64,000 nt of DNA from Armatimonadota bacterium (GTDB taxonomy: Bacteria > Armatimonadota > SYMT01), in the NCBI GenBank assembly GCA_041690135.1, contig JAWLHY010000002.1, positions 288,001 to 352,000 on the forward strand, in the 5' to 3' direction. A model generated the notes under the pieces. That model saw nothing but the letters and a program-made list of their open reading frames with translations. It had not been told where the DNA came from and did not search any database. Below, one piece after another: positions 47,165 through 56,289 of the stretch (positions are counted from its first letter, which is position 1; each line of letters begins with the position of its first letter). The position numbers and the translations under genes were made by a program.

Positions 47165-47195
47165 ACGGGGCTGCTCGCGTAGCGAGCAGCCCCGT
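47165..47195. terminator. Hairpin between convergent genes
   Basis: ACGGGGCTGCTCGC-GTA-GCGAGCAGCCCCGT perfect 14-bp stem. Confidence 0.65.
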
Positions 47196-47222
47196 TGTGC
47201 TTGATCCTGAACCTGGTGGGAA

Positions 47223-47969
47223 TCAGTAGGTGGCGCGGCCGCCGCTGACGTCGTAGCACTGGGCGGTGACGAAGCTGGCCCCGTCCGAGGCGAGGAAGCC
47301 GATGACCGTGGCTACTTCTTCCGGCTGACCGAACCGCCCTACGGGGATGCGGCTCTTCATGTACTCCACCTGCTGCGGAGTGAGCTGCTTGAGGATCTCC
47401 GTCTCGATCACGGCCGGGGAGACGGCGTTCACCCGCACGCCCTTCTGCGAAACTTCCTTCGCCAGCGCCTTGGTGAGGCCGATCACGCCCGCCTTGGCGG
47501 TGGAATAGGGGACCATGTTCGGGTTCCCTTCCTTGCCGGCGATGGAGGCGACATTGATGATGGAGCCCGAGCCCTGTGCCAGCATCGTGGGCATCACGGC
47601 CTGGCAGCAGAGGAAGACGCTCTTCAGGTCGACTGCCATCATCACGTCCCAGTCCTCGTCGGTGATCTCGGCCAGGGGGGCCGCGCGGCCGGCGATGCCC
47701 GCGTTGTTGACCAGCACGTCCATGCGGCCGTAGCGGTCCAGCACCCCGGCGGCCATGGCTTCCACGCTGGCCCGGTCGGCGACATTCACCTTCACGGCAA
47801 TCGCCTCGGCGCCGGAACCGCGGAGCTCCTCCGCCACGGCCTGGGCGCCCGCCTCATCCAGGTCGGCGACGACGACGGCCATGCCCTGCCGGGCCATCTC
47901 GGCGGCGGTGGCGCGGCCGATCCCGCGCGCCGCTCCGGTTACAATCGCTACACGTTGATTCTCGCTCAT
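47223..47969 (-). CDS. SDR family oxidoreductase
   Basis: TGAARGIG, NNAG, YSTAK. Confidence 0.93.
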   Translation of the reverse strand: MSENQRVAIVTGAARGIGRATAAEMARQGMAVVVADLDEAGAQAVAEELRGSGAEAIAVKVNVADRASVEAMAAGVLDRYGRMDVLVNNAGIAGRAAPLAEITDEDWDVMMAVDLKSVFLCCQAVMPTMLAQGSGSIINVASIAGKEGNPNMVPYSTAKAGVIGLTKALAKEVSQKGVRVNAVSPAVIETEILKQLTPQQVEYMKSRIPVGRFGQPEEVATVIGFLASDGASFVTAQCYDVSGGRATY

Positions 47970-47972
47970 AAC

Positions 47973-48908
47973 CTATTTCTTCTTACTCGACATCCTCACG
48001 GAAAGCTTGAGCTGCGCCGGGACCATCATCCCACCGGCATCCAACATGATATCTCCGGCGACGGTGGAGGATTGGGTGTTCTCGACGATCTCACCCCGTT
48101 CGCGGTCGAATAGCAGGGTGCCGCTGGTGGCCTCGGGCTTGAGATCGCTCGCAGCTACTTTGAACGGCAGGGGCGAACCTTCCTCGATGGAATAGACGAC
48201 GCTGTCGTGGATGATGCCCAGCTTGTCGTAGGTTTTTCCGTTCTTCTCGACCGTGCCCTGGTAGTCGTAATGCGCGGTGTAGGTCAGCAACTGACCGCCG
48301 CCAATCGACAGGACTTCGCTGCGCTTCCACTTATCGCCCACCTTGACCGGTCCATCGGGAAGGCGCTTTCGGTTCTGTTCCCAGGTGCGCTTCCGCATTT
48401 CGAGGGAGTATTCCCGGCGTAGCGCGGCCTGCGCCTCCGGCGAAGCCTTCTCCAGGAGTTGCTCCGTGCCTTCCAGAGCGACGAGGCGGTTAGCGCCATC
48501 GATGACGCGCGTCACCGATTTCCCCACGGTCAAGTGGAAGCTCTCCAGGACGCCCTGGAGCGTCGGGTTGTCGCTCTTGACCGTCTCCGGTTTGGCCGAG
48601 TCATACATGGCCACCAAACCGCCGGGAAGCGAGAAACTGGCCATCACGGAGTCGGTCCTTTCCTGGATGCGCACCGTCCCGTCCGCGGCCGGCTTGCCGG
48701 TGGTGAAGGTGTTGGTGCTGCTGATCTCCGCCTGCGTCCTCATGTCCATCCCCAGGATGTTCAGGGTCTGGTCCAGCGAGTAGGTGGTCAGGAAGGTTGC
48801 GGTCCCTTCCGGGTTGCGGGGCACCAACGGCACCTGCGCCAGGGCGGCGGTGGCCAGGCAAACGGCCAGGGCCAGGGAAGTAGAAATCGCACGCTTCATC
48901 GGATGCAT
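47973..48908 (-). CDS. Secreted hypothetical protein (DUF6263-like)
   Basis: Signal peptide; YDS, LP..PVKVGDKW, G.L.FD...G. Confidence 0.6.
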   Translation of the reverse strand: MHPMKRAISTSLALAVCLATAALAQVPLVPRNPEGTATFLTTYSLDQTLNILGMDMRTQAEISSTNTFTTGKPAADGTVRIQERTDSVMASFSLPGGLVAMYDSAKPETVKSDNPTLQGVLESFHLTVGKSVTRVIDGANRLVALEGTEQLLEKASPEAQAALRREYSLEMRKRTWEQNRKRLPDGPVKVGDKWKRSEVLSIGGGQLLTYTAHYDYQGTVEKNGKTYDKLGIIHDSVVYSIEEGSPLPFKVAASDLKPEATSGTLLFDRERGEIVENTQSSTVAGDIMLDAGGMMVPAQLKLSVRMSSKKK

Positions 48909-48932
48909 TCTCCTGTCGATCTCGGTTGCGGC

Positions 48933-49811
48933 CTATTTCTTGAGATGCTTGTTGAAGAACGCGATCATGGCGGATTCCGCTTTCTGAGCGTCTTCGCCGC
49001 GGAACCCGTGCCCCGCTCCCTCCAACGGCAGCAGTTCTACTTCGACGCCGGCCGTCTTCATCCGGTCGTGGATCCACTGGGCTTGCTCGAACGCCACGTA
49101 GTTGTCCTTCGTCCCATGCACGAAGAGGGTAGGGGCTGCGTGCGGGGTGACCCAGTAAAGCGGGCTGGAAAGGATGTGGCGCTGCCGGGCCTGCTCCAGG
49201 TCGCCGCCGAGGAAGAGCGGCAGTACCACGTGAGCGTCGACGCTCTTGCCGTAGGACTGGGTGAAGTCGCTGGGGCCGTAGTAGTTGACCACGCACGTGA
49301 CGGCGCTCGACTGTTCCGGGTGGCCGCCGTCGCCCTCGAACTCCTTCACGCCCGCCGTGACGCCGAGGAACTGCGCCAGGTGGCCGCCCGCCGAACCGCC
49401 GGTGGCGCCGATGCGGGTGGGATCTACATGGTACTTCCGCGCGTTGGCCCGCAGCCAGCGCACCGCCGCCTTCGTGTCGTACACGGCCGCCGGGAACGGG
49501 TACTTCGGCGCCAGCCGGTAGCTGACCGTCATTGCGACGTATCCCTGCTGCGCCAGGCGCCGGATCAGCGCGTCGTAGCCCTGGCGCTTGCCGGCGCGGA
49601 ATCCGCCACCGTGGATGCAGACGATGGCGGGGAACGGTCCCTCTCCCTTCGGGCGAGCCATGTTCACCTGGAGGTGCTGGTTGTCCGGGTTGGAGTACTC
49701 GATATCGGCTTCGAAGACGATGTCGTCCTGCGTGCGGGCGGGGCCTGCCAGAGTGGCGGCGAGGCCGGCGAGGCCCAGGCCCAGTGCGGATCTACGGTTG
49801 AACGTTTTCAT
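48933..49811 (-). CDS. Tat-exported alpha/beta hydrolase (esterase)
   Basis: NRRSAL, HGGGF, GGSAGG, HGTKD, GAGHG. Confidence 0.88.
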   Translation of the reverse strand: MKTFNRRSALGLGLAGLAATLAGPARTQDDIVFEADIEYSNPDNQHLQVNMARPKGEGPFPAIVCIHGGGFRAGKRQGYDALIRRLAQQGYVAMTVSYRLAPKYPFPAAVYDTKAAVRWLRANARKYHVDPTRIGATGGSAGGHLAQFLGVTAGVKEFEGDGGHPEQSSAVTCVVNYYGPSDFTQSYGKSVDAHVVLPLFLGGDLEQARQRHILSSPLYWVTPHAAPTLFVHGTKDNYVAFEQAQWIHDRMKTAGVEVELLPLEGAGHGFRGEDAQKAESAMIAFFNKHLKK

Positions 49812-49921
49812 GGATTGCTACGGCCCCCGGCGGGGGCTAAAGTTTGGCGGGAGATGCTTCTGGGTTGAAGGTTGGAAGGTTGAAAGTTGAAGGTTCGCGG
49901 AGCCCCAGGGGGTCGGATGGG

Positions 49922-50482
49922 TCAGGCAGGGCGGGAGAGGACCTGGATGGGGTCTCCAGGGCAGACTTCGCCGGACTCGATGACCCGGATGTAGAGGCCG
50001 CGGAGGCGCCAGTCTTTGAACTCCGGGGCGTTGGTGAGGTCGCGAGCCTCCTGGCCGAAACGGGCGGAGTACTTGCCGCAGCCGGTGTGCGGCATGGGCG
50101 TCACCTCGCAGATGGCGGTACCTACCCGGAGGCGGGTCCCCGTCGGCAGGTTGTCGGTCGAGAGGTCCAATTCCACCACCAGGTTGTCCCCGAACAGTTC
50201 CAGGGGCTGGCCATTTCCGATCACGCGTCCCACATCGGCCCGCATCACCGTGATCTGTGCGTCCGGGTAGGCGCGAAACTTCTGCGCCCAGCGGTCACCC
50301 TCCACCCCGTTTTCCACCGTGAGGGCGCATCGCTCCGGCGTTAGCCGCGCATTCACCTCCGGCCGCGCCACCACCAGCACCACCGAGCCCGCGTCTCGCG
50401 GCGCCGGAGGCAGTTCCCGCAGCCGTCGCGCCAGCTCCGCTCCAGGAACATGCAAGGACTCGGTGGTCTTCGTATCGCTCAC
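49922..50482 (-). CDS. MOSC domain protein
   Basis: G..GDRW, GDNL.V..DLS..NLP.GTRL.VG, PHTGC.K, RG.Y..V. Confidence 0.88.
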   Translation of the reverse strand: MSDTKTTESLHVPGAELARRLRELPPAPRDAGSVVLVVARPEVNARLTPERCALTVENGVEGDRWAQKFRAYPDAQITVMRADVGRVIGNGQPLELFGDNLVVELDLSTDNLPTGTRLRVGTAICEVTPMPHTGCGKYSARFGQEARDLTNAPEFKDWRLRGLYIRVIESGEVCPGDPIQVLSRPA

Positions 50483-50587
50483 TTCCTCGCTCCTTTCTTG
50501 ATCGCTAACGAAGTCTATACCGGATGGGCCGGTTCTGTGCCGCAGCGTGCACTTTCCCTGGGCAAGACCGTTGCCGGTTCCCCTCCT

Positions 50588-51376
50588 TCAAAGGCGAGCG
50601 CCGTGACCCCGGTAGGCGGAGGGGTTGTCCAGGCGGTCTCGCACCTGGACGACCACCCGCTCCACGATCGCCTGCACCGCCAGCTCTCCGAACTCGGCGC
50701 TGGCTTCCTGCACGGGGCTTCGGGTGCCGACTCCCACCAGCGGCGCCGCCGGGTCGGCCGGTAGCTCCGACAGGTCGACTCCCTCGGGGTCGAGGGCGAG
50801 GAGCAGAGAGGTCTCCCAGTGGCCGGCGTGGTCGCCCGCGGTAGGAAACTGCTCGCGGACCAGTTCGTAGCCGGTGAAGGCCCATCCGATCGCCCGGGGC
50901 TTCCACTGCTGAAAGAGGCTTACCGCCGCCCGTGCGTGGTCGATGAGCGGGTAATGCCCGGCCACGAACACGATCACCTGGAACCCCAGGCTCTCCGCCT
51001 GGAAGAGCATGTGGAGCAGGAGCTTCTGATAGTTGTCGTACTGCTCCTGCGGCGTGCGGCGCATGTAGCCGGGAGCGAAGTTCTCCGGCGGGAGCCCCAT
51101 CGCCTCGCTGACCGGACCGCAGTGCTGGGGGCTCGAGTCGATCAGGGCCAACTCCCGGCTTTCCCCGTACCAGAGCGACGGAAAGACCAACCCGCCGCCA
51201 GCCTGCGCGCAGCGGACCGCGAGGGCATGGGCCTTCAGAGCATCGAGGCCGACCGGGTTATGCAAACCATGCCACTCTAGCGTTCCGAGCGGCAGATAGA
51301 CCGCCGGGCACTCCAGTCGCCGGGCCACGATCTGCTTCGGGCGCAGCCGCTCGTACCGGACCTCTTCCCCGTGCAT
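50588..51376 (-). CDS. Creatininase family protein
   Basis: PLGTLEWHG.H.P.G.D, GHY, DHAG.WETS. Confidence 0.88.
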   Translation of the reverse strand: MHGEEVRYERLRPKQIVARRLECPAVYLPLGTLEWHGLHNPVGLDALKAHALAVRCAQAGGGLVFPSLWYGESRELALIDSSPQHCGPVSEAMGLPPENFAPGYMRRTPQEQYDNYQKLLLHMLFQAESLGFQVIVFVAGHYPLIDHARAAVSLFQQWKPRAIGWAFTGYELVREQFPTAGDHAGHWETSLLLALDPEGVDLSELPADPAAPLVGVGTRSPVQEASAEFGELAVQAIVERVVVQVRDRLDNPSAYRGHGARL

Positions 51377-51785
51377 CGAAACCTCCCGTTCCGCCCTCCC
51401 CATCTCCCACACCTACGTTCTCCCTCTCTTCCGCTCCCCCATTCCCCCAGTTCCTCCGTTCTCCCCTTCACCTGCTCCCACATTCCCACATCCCCCCGCC
51501 CCGCCCCCGCTCCCCGCCTTCTGCCCCCTGCCGGCGTCCCGCCCTCCTTATCCTAATCGCAATCTTCATCCTCATCGGCCGCAGGCCCCAGCACCCCCCT
51601 GTCCGTCCGCTATCCCCACAATCAGCTAACAAGTCCGCAGTGATACATTTCACAGGCCGCGCGAGCCAGTCGGCAGTATCATCTGTAACGGAAACGAAGC
51701 ATCTAGCCGGAACACCCTACGCCGCGTCGTCGCCGACGTGAAGCGTTCCTCAATCAAGTTCCGGCGCGACCCGAGGACAGTTGCT

Positions 51786-53663
51786 ATGAAAGCCACCTTT
51801 CGACTGGCGTCTCTCACTCTTTCGCTGGCCTGCGCCGGCGGTTCCGTCGCCTCAGCCCAACCGGCTCCCGGGAGCGGCATGGCTCACCCGGAACTCTTCC
51901 TGGCCCTGGGGCACCGGGATTTGCCGGGCGTGAAGGCGCTCCTGCACTCCGGCGCCAGCCCGAACGCTCGCAACACCATCCAGATGACCGCGCTCATGAC
52001 CGCGGTCGGGGTCGGCGACCCGGAAGCGGTGAAGAGCCTGCTCGCCGCCGGCGCCGAAATTGACGCGGCCAGCCCGTTCGGCACCGCGCTCACTTTCGCC
52101 CTCATGGAAGGCCGTTCGGAAATCGCGCGCTTCCTGATCGAAAAGGGCGCCGGCATTGCTTCGGGGCGGCCGGACCGGATCAGTAGCCTGATGCTGGCGG
52201 CTCGTGCCGGTGATACGGAGATCATCCGCCTGCTGCTGGCCAAGAAGGCCGATCTCAACGCGGTGGATAACCACGGTTCGACGGCCCTTTCGTACGCGGC
52301 ACGGCACGGCCGCCCTGAGGCGGTCCGGGCACTGCTGGCCGCCGGCGCCAAGATCGATGTCGCCGACACCGACGGGTGGACAGCCCTGACCCACGCGGCG
52401 GTCAACGGGCACACCGCGATCGTGGAGAGCCTTCTCCAGAAGGGCGCGAACCCGAACGCTCGGGACAAGCGCGGCCGCACGCCGCTGCTGGCCGCCGCCA
52501 GCTACGGCGACTCTCCCCAGGTGATCGGCGCCCTCCTGGCCCGCGGCGCGGTCCGGGACGCGAAGGATGCGCAGGGGCGCACTGCGCTCCAGTTGGCTGA
52601 AGGTCGCGGATACACAGAGACGGCGAAGTTGCTCCGCGAGAAGGGTGCTCGCATGGCACTGGCGGCGCTGCCGGCTGTCCGCACCCCTCGCCAGGCGGCG
52701 GAACTGAGCCTGCGGCAGGTGGAGAACTCCATGCAAATCTTCGCAAAGCGCACCGGCTGCGCTTCCTGCCATCACGAGGGGATCGCGCGCTTCACCACCG
52801 GCTTCGCCCGGGCGCGGGGCTACCAGATCAGTGAGGCGTTTGCCCGCGAGCAGGAGAAGCGGGTGACCGGCGAGTTCGAGCGGATGCTGCCCCTGCTGCG
52901 GAAGGCGGTGGAGAACCCGGCGGAGATCAAGAATGTGCCGGCGATAGACCTGGGCGACTTCGCCCCTGCTACGGGATCGCTGCTGCTCGGCCTGGGCGAG
53001 CACGGAACGACCGCCTCGGAGGCCCTATCCGCCGCGGCGATGGTCCTGGCCCGCATCCAGACCCCCGAGGGGGATTGGCGCTTCGGCCTGCAGCGGGTGC
53101 CGGTTCAGTCCAGCTTCTTCTCCAGCACCGCAATGGCGGTGCGGGCGCTGAAGAACTACGCCCCGAAGGCACATCAGCCGGAGGTCGCCGGGCGGATCGC
53201 GCGGGCGAAGCAGTGGTTGGCCTCGGCGCCGGTGAAGGACAACGAGGACCGCGCCTTCCGCTTGCTCGGGTTGAAGTGGGCCGGCGCTACGCCGGAAGAG
53301 CGGCGCAAAGCGCTCGAGGAGTTGCGCGCGACCCAGCGACCGGACGGAGGCTGGGCGCAGTTGGACACGCTGAAGAGCGACGCGTATGCTACCGGCTTGG
53401 CGCTCTTCGCCCTCAACCAGGGCGGCGAACTGGCGGCCTCGGATCCCGTCTACCAGCGCGGCGTGCAATACCTGCTGCGGACGCAGGAGGATGACGGAAC
53501 CTGGTACGTCTACAAGCGCGCGATCCCGGCGAATAACTACTTCGATACCGAGTTCCCCTATGGGCAGTCGCAATACATCTCGCACATGGCGGCCAGTTGG
53601 GCGAGCATGGCGCTGATGCTGGCAGCAGAGGCTCCGGTCGCGCAGCAGGCGGCGGTCCGGTAA
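51786..53663 (+). CDS. Secreted ankyrin-repeat protein with CxxCH motif and prenyltransferase/squalene-cyclase-like repeats
   Basis: About seven G.TAL..AA..G repeats, CASCHH, Q.PDGGW, SDAYATG, Q..DGTW. Confidence 0.82.
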   Translation: MKATFRLASLTLSLACAGGSVASAQPAPGSGMAHPELFLALGHRDLPGVKALLHSGASPNARNTIQMTALMTAVGVGDPEAVKSLLAAGAEIDAASPFGTALTFALMEGRSEIARFLIEKGAGIASGRPDRISSLMLAARAGDTEIIRLLLAKKADLNAVDNHGSTALSYAARHGRPEAVRALLAAGAKIDVADTDGWTALTHAAVNGHTAIVESLLQKGANPNARDKRGRTPLLAAASYGDSPQVIGALLARGAVRDAKDAQGRTALQLAEGRGYTETAKLLREKGARMALAALPAVRTPRQAAELSLRQVENSMQIFAKRTGCASCHHEGIARFTTGFARARGYQISEAFAREQEKRVTGEFERMLPLLRKAVENPAEIKNVPAIDLGDFAPATGSLLLGLGEHGTTASEALSAAAMVLARIQTPEGDWRFGLQRVPVQSSFFSSTAMAVRALKNYAPKAHQPEVAGRIARAKQWLASAPVKDNEDRAFRLLGLKWAGATPEERRKALEELRATQRPDGGWAQLDTLKSDAYATGLALFALNQGGELAASDPVYQRGVQYLLRTQEDDGTWYVYKRAIPANNYFDTEFPYGQSQYISHMAASWASMALMLAAEAPVAQQAAVR

Positions 53664-53796
53664 GAAAAACTGCCGGCCAGTCTTGAAAAGGAGAATGGGA
53701 GAATGGGGGATGCCTGTAGCAGGGCGCGCCCATTCTCCCTCTCTTCACTTCTCCCATTCGCACGGATCATCGGAGCAGCCTTAGCGGGGCCACAGC

Positions 53797-54117
53797 TCAA
53801 AGACGCTGTCCGCACTTCTTGCAGAACCGGCTGGCGACATCGTTGGGGGTGCGGCACACGGGGCACGGCATGTTGACCTCCGGAATGTCGCCGGGACGGG
53901 TCAGGTAGTCGCCGCGCAGATACTGAAGGCGACCTTCCGCGTAGGCGGTGGTGGTAAAGCCCGTCAGCACGATTCCCAGGCCGCCCAGGGCGACCCAGTC
54001 ACTGCCGATGGGCCACCCCAGGGCGGCTACTCCCGCCCCCGCGCACATCACGACGTAGCCCACGCCGCGGACCTGCCGCCAGTACTCCAGATCGTGCTTG
54101 TCCATGGTCAACAGCAT
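53797..54117 (-). CDS. Small membrane protein with C-terminal zinc ribbon
   Basis: Two TMs then CPVC..N....FCKKCG; start uncertain. Confidence 0.6.
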   Translation of the reverse strand: MLLTMDKHDLEYWRQVRGVGYVVMCAGAGVAALGWPIGSDWVALGGLGIVLTGFTTTAYAEGRLQYLRGDYLTRPGDIPEVNMPCPVCRTPNDVASRFCKKCGQRL

Positions 54118-54291
54118 GGACGTAAACGCGCCGCGTACAGATACGTCCAACTTCGTGACGCCCAATCTTTTTTCCGCAGCCGGGCGAAGTAGAACACGAG
54201 CGAGGCAGAGGCGACGCGATACGGCAACGCACCGACACAGAGGAATGGAATGGATCACTCGGAACCTGGAATCGGTCCGACTGGAGCGGCG

Positions 54292-54387
54292 CGGAAGTAC
54301 TCTCTCGAGCGTCTTCTGGAAGGCGTGACCGAGGAGAACTGTCATCCCGAGATCGACCTGGGATGCCCCGTCGGTAAAGAGGCGTGG
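54292..54387 (+). pseudogene. MazE antitoxin C-terminal remnant
   Basis: KYSLERLLEGVTEENCHPEIDLGCPVGKEAW matches the MazE-family tail pattern; no AbrB N-terminus and no mazF. Confidence 0.6.
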
Positions 54388-54446
54388 TCGTCGGAGTTGC
54401 CCTTCGGTGACCTGTCTACACTGACGGGTCCCGAAGAAGACCTGTT

Positions 54447-55916
54447 TCAGGTGAGCCGCGGAATGGGGTCCCCTTGATAGACGGCGTGCGGCCGCTCCTC
54501 CGCGTCGTGCCATTCGGCAAATTGGGGAATGCCGAGCGCCGTGTAGATCGTGGCCGCGAAATTCTCGGGGGTAACCGCGTCCGAAGCCGGGTAGCCGCCG
54601 ATGGCGTCGGAGGAACCGATGACCTGCCCGCCCTTGACCCCACCGCCGGCGAACCAGACGGTCTGTACCGCACCCCAGTGGTCGCGGCCCGGCAGCTTGT
54701 AGAACTTCGGCAGGTGGGAGATCTTCGGCGTGCGGCCGAACTCGCCCGCCATGACAATCAGCGTGGAATCGAGTTGCCCGCTTTCGTGGAGGTCATCCAG
54801 GAGCGCGGAAACGGCCCGGTCCGTCGGCGGGAGCAACTTGTCCTTCAGGTGGGGGAAGATATTGCCGTGGTTATCCCACGACTCGTTGTTCCCCAGGTTT
54901 ACCTGCACCAGGTTGACGCCGCACTCGACCAGCCGGCGCGCCATCAGCAGCGACCAGCCGAAAGCGTTGTTGCCGTAGCGCTCCAGCGTCTTCGGGTCCG
55001 TCCCCTGCACGTCCAGCGCGCGGCGCACGCTTCCGTCCGTCAGCAGTGAGGTGGCTTCCTGGTGGAAGCGGTCGAACTGCCCCACCTCCGCGAACTGCGC
55101 CAGGTCTTCGCGCTGGCGGTCGATACCGCGCAGCAGCGCCAGGCGGTTGGCCAGCCGTCCGCGCCCCACGCCTTCGGGTAAGGTGAGGCTGGGGACCTGG
55201 AATTGGTGCCGCTTTGGTGTGAAGGGCCGCTGCTGGTGGTCGAACTCGTACTCCGGGTAAGCGCCGTAAGCCCGCGGGTCGAATCCGGCCGCCTCGATGA
55301 ACCACGGCTCGCGGCGGGAGCCCATGATTCCCGCGAACTGGCCGGGGATCACCCGGCCCGAACTGTGGACCAGCCTTTCCGGCAGCACCACGGCCGGGGG
55401 CAGGTTGTTCCGCGTGCGGGTTACGGCGCCCGCTATCGCTGCGATGGAGGGCCAGTCGCTCGGGCGCGGCATGCCGGGGCTGAACCCCGGGGGCAACTGC
55501 GAGCGGCCGGTGAGCATGATGTGGTGGCCGGCAGAGTGGTCGTTGGTGTGGTGGGTCAGGGACCGAACCAGCGCCCAGTGACGGCTGCGCTGCGCCAGCA
55601 TCGGCAGGTGCTCGCAGATCTGGATGCCGTCCGTCCGGGTAGCAATCGGCTTGAACTCGCCCCGGATCTCCTCGGAAGCGTCCGGCTTCATGTCGAAGCT
55701 GTCGATCTGGGAGAGTCCCCCGGAGAGAAAGATGTAAATAACCGATTTCGCCTTCGGCTCCCCGGCGGCGTCCCCGGAGTTCTCTGCCGCCATGGCGCGC
55801 AGAGCGGCCAGGTCGTTCATCCCCAGGCCAAGCAAACCGACCGCTCCCGCCTGTAACGCCGTCCGGCGGCGGATGCAGGCGTGCTGAAAGGGGGTGTTCT
55901 TGTTGTGGACCGACAT
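54447..55916 (-). CDS. DUF1501 domain protein
   Basis: RRTALQAG, GGLSQIDSFDMKP, WDNH, GEFGRTP, GRDHW. Confidence 0.92.
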   Translation of the reverse strand: MSVHNKNTPFQHACIRRRTALQAGAVGLLGLGMNDLAALRAMAAENSGDAAGEPKAKSVIYIFLSGGLSQIDSFDMKPDASEEIRGEFKPIATRTDGIQICEHLPMLAQRSRHWALVRSLTHHTNDHSAGHHIMLTGRSQLPPGFSPGMPRPSDWPSIAAIAGAVTRTRNNLPPAVVLPERLVHSSGRVIPGQFAGIMGSRREPWFIEAAGFDPRAYGAYPEYEFDHQQRPFTPKRHQFQVPSLTLPEGVGRGRLANRLALLRGIDRQREDLAQFAEVGQFDRFHQEATSLLTDGSVRRALDVQGTDPKTLERYGNNAFGWSLLMARRLVECGVNLVQVNLGNNESWDNHGNIFPHLKDKLLPPTDRAVSALLDDLHESGQLDSTLIVMAGEFGRTPKISHLPKFYKLPGRDHWGAVQTVWFAGGGVKGGQVIGSSDAIGGYPASDAVTPENFAATIYTALGIPQFAEWHDAEERPHAVYQGDPIPRLT

Positions 55917-56004
55917 CACATCTCTCCCAGGCGGGCCGATCTGCCCCGGGTTATGAGAGCGATTTCCAGAGGCGGAGTTGCGGCGATCTGCCCGATAAGG
56001 GACG

Positions 56005-56115
56005 GTCCGCGAATGGGGCGAAGGAAGAGCGATCCGCGAATGAGGCGAATGGAGCGAACGGGGAAACCGGGCGAATGGAACGTGGTGGGAGAATTGAGCT
56101 GAATGGTACGAACTG
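56005..56115. repeat. Short tandem GCGAA(T/C)GG-type intergenic repeats
   Basis: CCGCGAATGGGGCGAA, CCGCGAATGAGGCGAATGGAGCGAA, GGCGAATGG. Confidence 0.55.
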
Positions 56116-56289
56116 GGGAAGCTTCGGCAACTCGCCTGTTGCGGTCGGAGGGGATAGTGGTGGAGGAGTGGTGCGGGCATCTCGCCCGCATGGAGTTGGC
56201 AAAAGCAGGCAGACCAGCGGAATCGAGCCGGCGGCGAACCGGGCGTCACCCCGGTGCTGGAAATCCACTCCATGCCCTTCTGGACATGT

